This document shows, one piece after another, positions 58,130 to 64,000 of a DNA stretch of 64,000 nt. The position numbers were made by a program, and so were the translations under genes. The notes below the pieces were generated by a model. It made no database searches. It was given only the letters and a program-made list of their open reading frames with translations, and was not told where the DNA came from. Location: the NCBI GenBank assembly GCA_951406725.2, contig OX597839.1, positions 27,466,001-27,530,000 of the forward strand, written 5' to 3'. Each line of letters starts with the position of its first letter. The first letter of the stretch is position 1. The stretch is from Octopus vulgaris. Taxonomy: Eukaryota.

Positions 58130-59559
58130 GAGGAGGAGGAGTGGAGGGGTGGGTGGGGTGGTTTATGAAGAGAAGAATAAAAAGGAGGAAGAGGAGGAGA
58201 AAGTAATGAAAGAAGGAAGCAAAAGAAGGAAAACAAGACTGAAGGAAAGAAGAAGAAGAAAAGAAGAAGAAGAAGAAGAAGAAGAAGAAGAAGAAGAAAA
58301 TGAGAATGACTGAAACAAGTAAAAGTCATACATTAGTATAAATGCTCACGTGACCGACCAGGCTATCAGATGCTGTTACACATCGCTGGCCACAATGCAC
58401 TTTTGCATTTTTATCCTTCAAATAGCGTCACCCTGTTGGCTAGATAAGCTGGCCAACATTCCCCCCCCCCCACTCATCGAAAGGGGAGGGGAGGGGAGCA
58501 ACGTGAAATGAAGTGTTTTACTAAAAAAAAACAACGACCCGCCCAGTCTGGAAATCGAACCTATGATCTTGAGTGCAACAGCCTAACCACTACTCGACGC
58601 GCCTTCACAGTGTGAACGATACATGTATATTCATACTTTTCTTTTCTACTCTAAGCACAAGGCCTGAAATTTTGGGGGTGGGGCCAGTCGACCCCAGTGC
58701 GTAACTGGTACTTAATTTATCGACCCCGAAAGGATGAAAGGCAAAGTCGACCTCGGCGGAATTTGAACTCAGAACGTAACGGCAGACGAAATACTGCTAA
58801 GCATTTCACCCAGTGTGCTAACGTTTCTGCCTGCTTGTAGCCTACAAGTTTATTAGTACTCTTTTCTACTGGAATGTCCTCGGAACATTCCAGGTAATCC
58901 TCGGAATTTCCCAGGAAGTGTCATCCTCGGAACTTTCCAGAAAGACTTCAAGAATCCAAGTAATGCTATGTATTGAAGTGTAGCCGTAGATGCTGGTCAT
59001 GTGTTGTTGTTCTTGTTGTTTGCTGCTACTGTTGTTATTGTCACATACTTTTTATTTTGACGCTTCTTTGCTTCAGAAGTTGGTCAGTCATAAATTCCCT
59101 TGGGAATTTTAAGCCCAGCTTCATCACTTTTATTTAGTTATTTTTGTTCTTTGTTTTTGCTTTGAAACGAAATCTAGCTTCAAGCATCTTATACAGATAA
59201 TATTTTTGACACTATTTTCTGAAACTGGTAAAATTATGTAGGGGGTGCAAATTTTGATCTTGCACCACTAAAAAATTCCAAGGGGTGCAGGTGCACCCAC
59301 TGCAGCCCCTGTTCCCGGGCCCTTGCACATATACATAACAGTCATACATATATATACATGCACACACATTTGTATACAGATATGCATATACATGCATGAA
59401 TATCTGTATATGTGAATACTTAAATATATAGTCTCTCTCTTTATTTTCTCGTTTTCCTTTCTGCTGAAGAGCGCAGACTCGAAATGTAAAAGGTTTTCTC
59501 ACCTTCCCGAGCGTTAAACTAATGCACATCTTTTCGTCTTTTGTGCTTTTGTAAATTCC

Positions 59560-59621
<62 letters not shown>

Positions 59622-59927
59622 TCTCTTTACTCTTTTTACTTGTTTCAGTCATTTGACTGCGGCCATGCTGGAGCACCACATTTAGTCGAGCTTACCGACC
59701 CCCAGGACTTAGACTTTGTAAGCCTAGTATTTATTCTATCGGTCTCTTTTGCCGAACCGCTAAGTAACGGGGACGTAAACACACCACCATCGGTTGTCAA
59801 GCGATGTTGGGGGGAAAACACACACACACACACATACATATATATATACATATATACGACAGGCTTCTTCCGTCTACTAAATCAACGGAGACGTAAACAC
59901 ACCAGATTGTCAAGCAATGTTGGGGGA

Positions 59928-59983
<56 letters not shown>

Positions 59984-60795
59984 CGACTATAGGCGGCGAG
60001 CCTGGCAGAAACGTTAGCATGCCGGGCGAAATGCTTAGCCGTATTTTGTCTACCGTTACGTTCTGAGTTCAAATTCCGCCGAGGTCGACTTTGCCTTTCA
60101 TCCTTTCGGAGTCGATAGATTAAGTGCCAGTTACGCACCGGGGTCGATGTAATCGACTTAATCCGTTTGTCTGTCTTTGTTTGTCCCCTCTGTGTTTAGC
60201 CCCTTGTGGGTAGTAAAGAATAATATATATATACGACGGGCTTCTTTCAGTTTCCGTCATCCAAATCTACTCACAGGGCTTTGGTCATCCCAAGGCTATA
60301 GCAGAAGACACTTGCCCAAGGTGCCACGCAGTAGGACTGAACCGGGAACCATGTGGCTGGTAAGCAAGCTACTTACCCTACAGCCACTCCTATGTACACA
60401 TAGATAGATATTTACGTATAAATCCATACGTGTCCAATGCGTGGCTGTGCGTGTGTCTGTGTGTCTGTGTGTGTTCATGTTTAATATGAATCAATGTATA
60501 AACTTTAATATTTCTGTCGATTTAAGAGTATTATTCCGGCTTTATTTCAACTTCTATGCCTGTCTGCCTGCCTGTTCCTCTTTATTCCTTGCCTCCCCCT
60601 CTCTCTCCGTCCCACTTTCTCTTTCTTTGTCTTTCTATCTCTCCCCCTCTTTCTCCTTTTTCTGTCTCTCTGTCTCTCACGCTTTCTTTCTCTCTCCCTG
60701 TCTTCCTCTTTCCCTGGATACACAAACGCGCCCGCGCATCCGTATCATTTTCCTTTCCTTGACTGCTCATTAAAAGAGCTTAAAATACCAGGAAC

Positions 60796-60850
<55 letters not shown>

Positions 60851-62192
60851 ATGTGTGTGTGTGTGTGTGTGTGTGAGTGTGTGTGTGTGTGTATGTGCGT
60901 GTATATATATATATATATACACATACACACACATATATATACGTATGGATCTATGTATATGTATATATATATATTTACACGTTTGTGTGTGTGTATATAT
61001 ATATAAATATAAATATGTATGTATATATACATACATATATATATTATGTATGTATGTATGTATGTATGTATGTATGTATGTATGCATGCATGCATGTATG
61101 TATCTATGTATGTGTGTGTGTGTATGTATGTATGCATTTGGAACTAGAAACAAACAAAATCAACAGCTGAAGAGATGAAGACCATTCTTCGTTCGAGAAA
61201 AACAAAACTGAAAGAAGGAAAGGATCTGAAGCAAAAGAAGAAGAAAAAAACGGTGGAATAAAAATGGGTGAATCGACAGCAAATGGCGGCAAGAGTAGCC
61301 ATGTTTGATTTTGATATTCCTTTTCTAATGAACGAAATCAATAAGAATTTTTTATATATCTTTTATTTGCTACTTTTAAAGAGAGTGACACATACACACA
61401 AGCACACAAGCACACACAAGCACACATACACACAAGCACACACACACACAAGCACACACACACACAAGCACACACACACACAAGCACACATACACACACA
61501 GACACACACATACACACAAGCACGCATACACACAAGCGCACATACACATTTACATATGCACACTTTTGCATATATACACATGCATACACATACATTGGCG
61601 CGCATGCGTACTGCTTTACAAACATTAAGGGAGAGAAGCATTTTTTTAAAATAATTTTTTTTATTTGAACCTTTTTATGTAGATTTGTTTACTATTTATT
61701 TTTGTTTCTTTTGATTTTGTTTCATGTTGTTGTTGTTATTGATATTGTTATTTGTTAATTTGTGTGTTACAAAGGAAAGAAAGAGATGCCTCCATCTCAC
61801 GTTTGATTTGACTCTGTGTTAGTGATACTATGGTAACACCCACCTTAGAGACCTAAATTTATGGTCAGTCATCCCCTCCTTTCCCCCTCGCTTCCTCTGA
61901 TCTTTCTCCCTTTGTTCTCTGCTCCATTTGCCCTATTTTACCTAACTTTTCCTTCTGTAATTTTATCTGTTTCCTTCGTATCTTTCTGCTTTTTTTTTTT
62001 CTTTCCCTCTTCTGTTTCCTTCTATCTATCCTTCTTCGTCTCTTTCTCACTTTCTGATCTTCTTTCGTTCTTCTTTCTTTCTTCCTACTTTTTCTCTCTT
62101 CATTTTTCAGTTTCTTTCTTCTCCACTTCCTTTATTTTTCCTTCTTACTTTCGTACATCTTCTTCTCAATCCTTTCATTTTCCTTTCGTGCC

Positions 62193-62232
<40 letters not shown>

Positions 62233-62394
62233 TCCTCTTTATTTCTCACCTTTTATTTTTCGTTTGACTTTCTTAATTCCTTCCGTCTTTCTTTCTAATT
62301 TCTTTCATTCCTACGTCCTTCCCTCAATCTTCTTCCCTTTCTTTTTCATTCTCTCTTCTTCCTTCCTTCCTTCCTTCCTTCCTTCCTTCCAGAA

Positions 62395-62755
62395 CAGCTG
62401 TGAATAATGTCTTGGGCCTTAAATCCTACATCAAAACACCGAGACACCTGCTAACAGAACCTACGAAGGCCAGGAGATTGGAGAGGCGCAAAAAGGTTCT
62501 CACATACCTCAAGAAGAACGGATTTATCGTGAAAATTTTCTGACAAGATTTTCACATTGGATACCGTTGTGAACCGCAGAAACGACCGGTACATTGCGAA
62601 GTCAAAAGCTGACATCAGGGGCAAAAAATCTAACCCAGGTCATGGCCTTCACTGTTGTACCCTCCGACGGAAGAAAGATGCCCATCTACTTCTACAAGCC
62701 CAGAGAAAAGGTGGGGCGGACGCCTGCTACAAGATGCTGAAATACCATGTCTTGA
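62395..62755 (+). pseudogene. Tc1/mariner-superfamily transposase fragment (DD37D/maT-like)
   Basis: LGLKSYIKTPRHLLTEPTKARRLERRKKVL..KIF[SD]..IFTLDTVVNRRNDRY, frameshifted and truncated by a SINE. Confidence 0.65.
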
Positions 62756-63017
62756 GGAAAGAGTGAGAGAAAGTTGTGGCAAAAGAGTCACCAGAAGTTC
62801 ATCATTACCTTCTGCCGGAGCCGCGTGGAGCTTAGGTGTTTCGCTCATAAACACACACATCGCCCGGTCTGAGATTCGAACCCGCGATCCCTCGACCGTG
62901 AGTCCGCTGCTCTAACAACTAGGCCATCTGCCTTCTAAAAAAGAAGTAGGGATCATAAAATACAGAATACTCGTTAATCCGGTATTAGGTCTTTAATGGA
63001 AGGATTAAGTTATAAAG

Positions 63018-63525
63018 CACTGCTTCTCAAACATTTTCACCCCCTGACCTCCTTTAATTCCTATTTTATTCTACTGAACCTCCATAGCCATTTGATGCAT
63101 ATATAGAAAAAATTATTAATGTATCTTTATAAGTAGGTATTATTATTATTAAGGCGGCGAGCTGGCAGAAACGTTAGCACGCAGGGCGAAATGCTTAGCA
63201 GTATTTCGTCTGCCGTTACGCTCTGAGTTCAAATTCCGCTTAGATCCACTTTGCCTTTCATCCTTTCAGAGTCGTTTAAATAAGTACCAGTTACGCACTG
63301 GGGTCGACGTAATCGACTTAATCCGTTTTCTGTCCTTGTTTGTCCTCTCTGTGTTTAGCCCCTTGTGGGTAGTAAAGAAATAGGTATTATTAGGAATTGT
63401 ATAAAAAAATGGTTAAAATATTTTCTGCATCGTAGAAGTCTAAACAATTTATTGCACACAAATTTTAACGATACAATCTTATATGGATCCCCAAGGGCTG
63501 TGTGGGCCGAAGTTGAAAACCACTG
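63018..63525. mobile_element. hAT-like MITE with nested SINE
   Basis: Ends cactgcttctcaaac ... gttgaaaaccactg resemble CAGTG-type TIRs; related ends at ~42870 and ~13765. Confidence 0.5.
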
Positions 63526-64000
63526 GCCTAGATATATAACGTTGCTATAATGCAAAAGTGTCGTAAGTCCGAACCGTTGTTATTATGCAAAAATGTCGTA
63601 AGTCCAAAACGTTGCTTTTTCAGAAAACGAAACAATAGTTTCACCATTCCATAGCAAAGCCGTTGTACTACACTTTGACAGTTTTTGATATCTTCGCATC
63701 TGAAGCAGCTGGAGATACGATAATTTGACCAAAAAGAACCGGCTATTGCAAGCAAAAATAAATATTGAAAAAAAAAATGCATTTAGCCAAATTTGGACAT
63801 ACGACAGTTTAACATAATAGCAACGATAGGATGCCATCGCTGTTCTCTAGAACATTCCCAAGTAAAAACCATCAGCATCAACGACACTACTTAACATAGA
63901 TCTCTTAAAGTTCTGCGTTCGAATCTTGCTGAAGTATAATTATATTTTGATTACCGATTCTTCCAAGATCGATAAAACACGTAACAATTAGAATTGCAGT

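Overview
Eukaryotic, AT-rich, repeat-saturated intergenic or intronic DNA. The SINE families and microsatellite load look like an octopod cephalopod genome (inference). No host protein-coding gene can be supported, and almost all ORFs in the track are microsatellite or SINE read-throughs. The main feature is an apparently intact, recently inserted Penelope-like retroelement (PLE) at 16377-22366. It has one 1307-aa ORF (N-terminal region, ~250-aa Asn/Ser-rich insert, RT with YVDD, Cys-rich linker, C-terminal GIY-YIG endonuclease) inside ~1.4-kb near-identical direct pseudo-LTRs that end in (TA)n and carry non-canonical hammerhead-like motifs. Across the window I found about a dozen further hammerhead ribozyme (HHR)-like motifs of several architectures, mostly in short non-coding elements beside (TA)n tracts, consistent with non-autonomous PLE or retrozyme-like passengers. 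Also present: an 8 x 88-bp structured tandem array derived from a SINE 3' end, head-to-tail SINE multimers with a fixed junction, a complete non-autonomous Helitron, remnants of mariner, DD37D-like, CR1, R4/Dong, RTE and hAT elements, and three abundant tRNA-headed SINE families. All RNA folds were assigned by eye and SINE boundaries are approximate.
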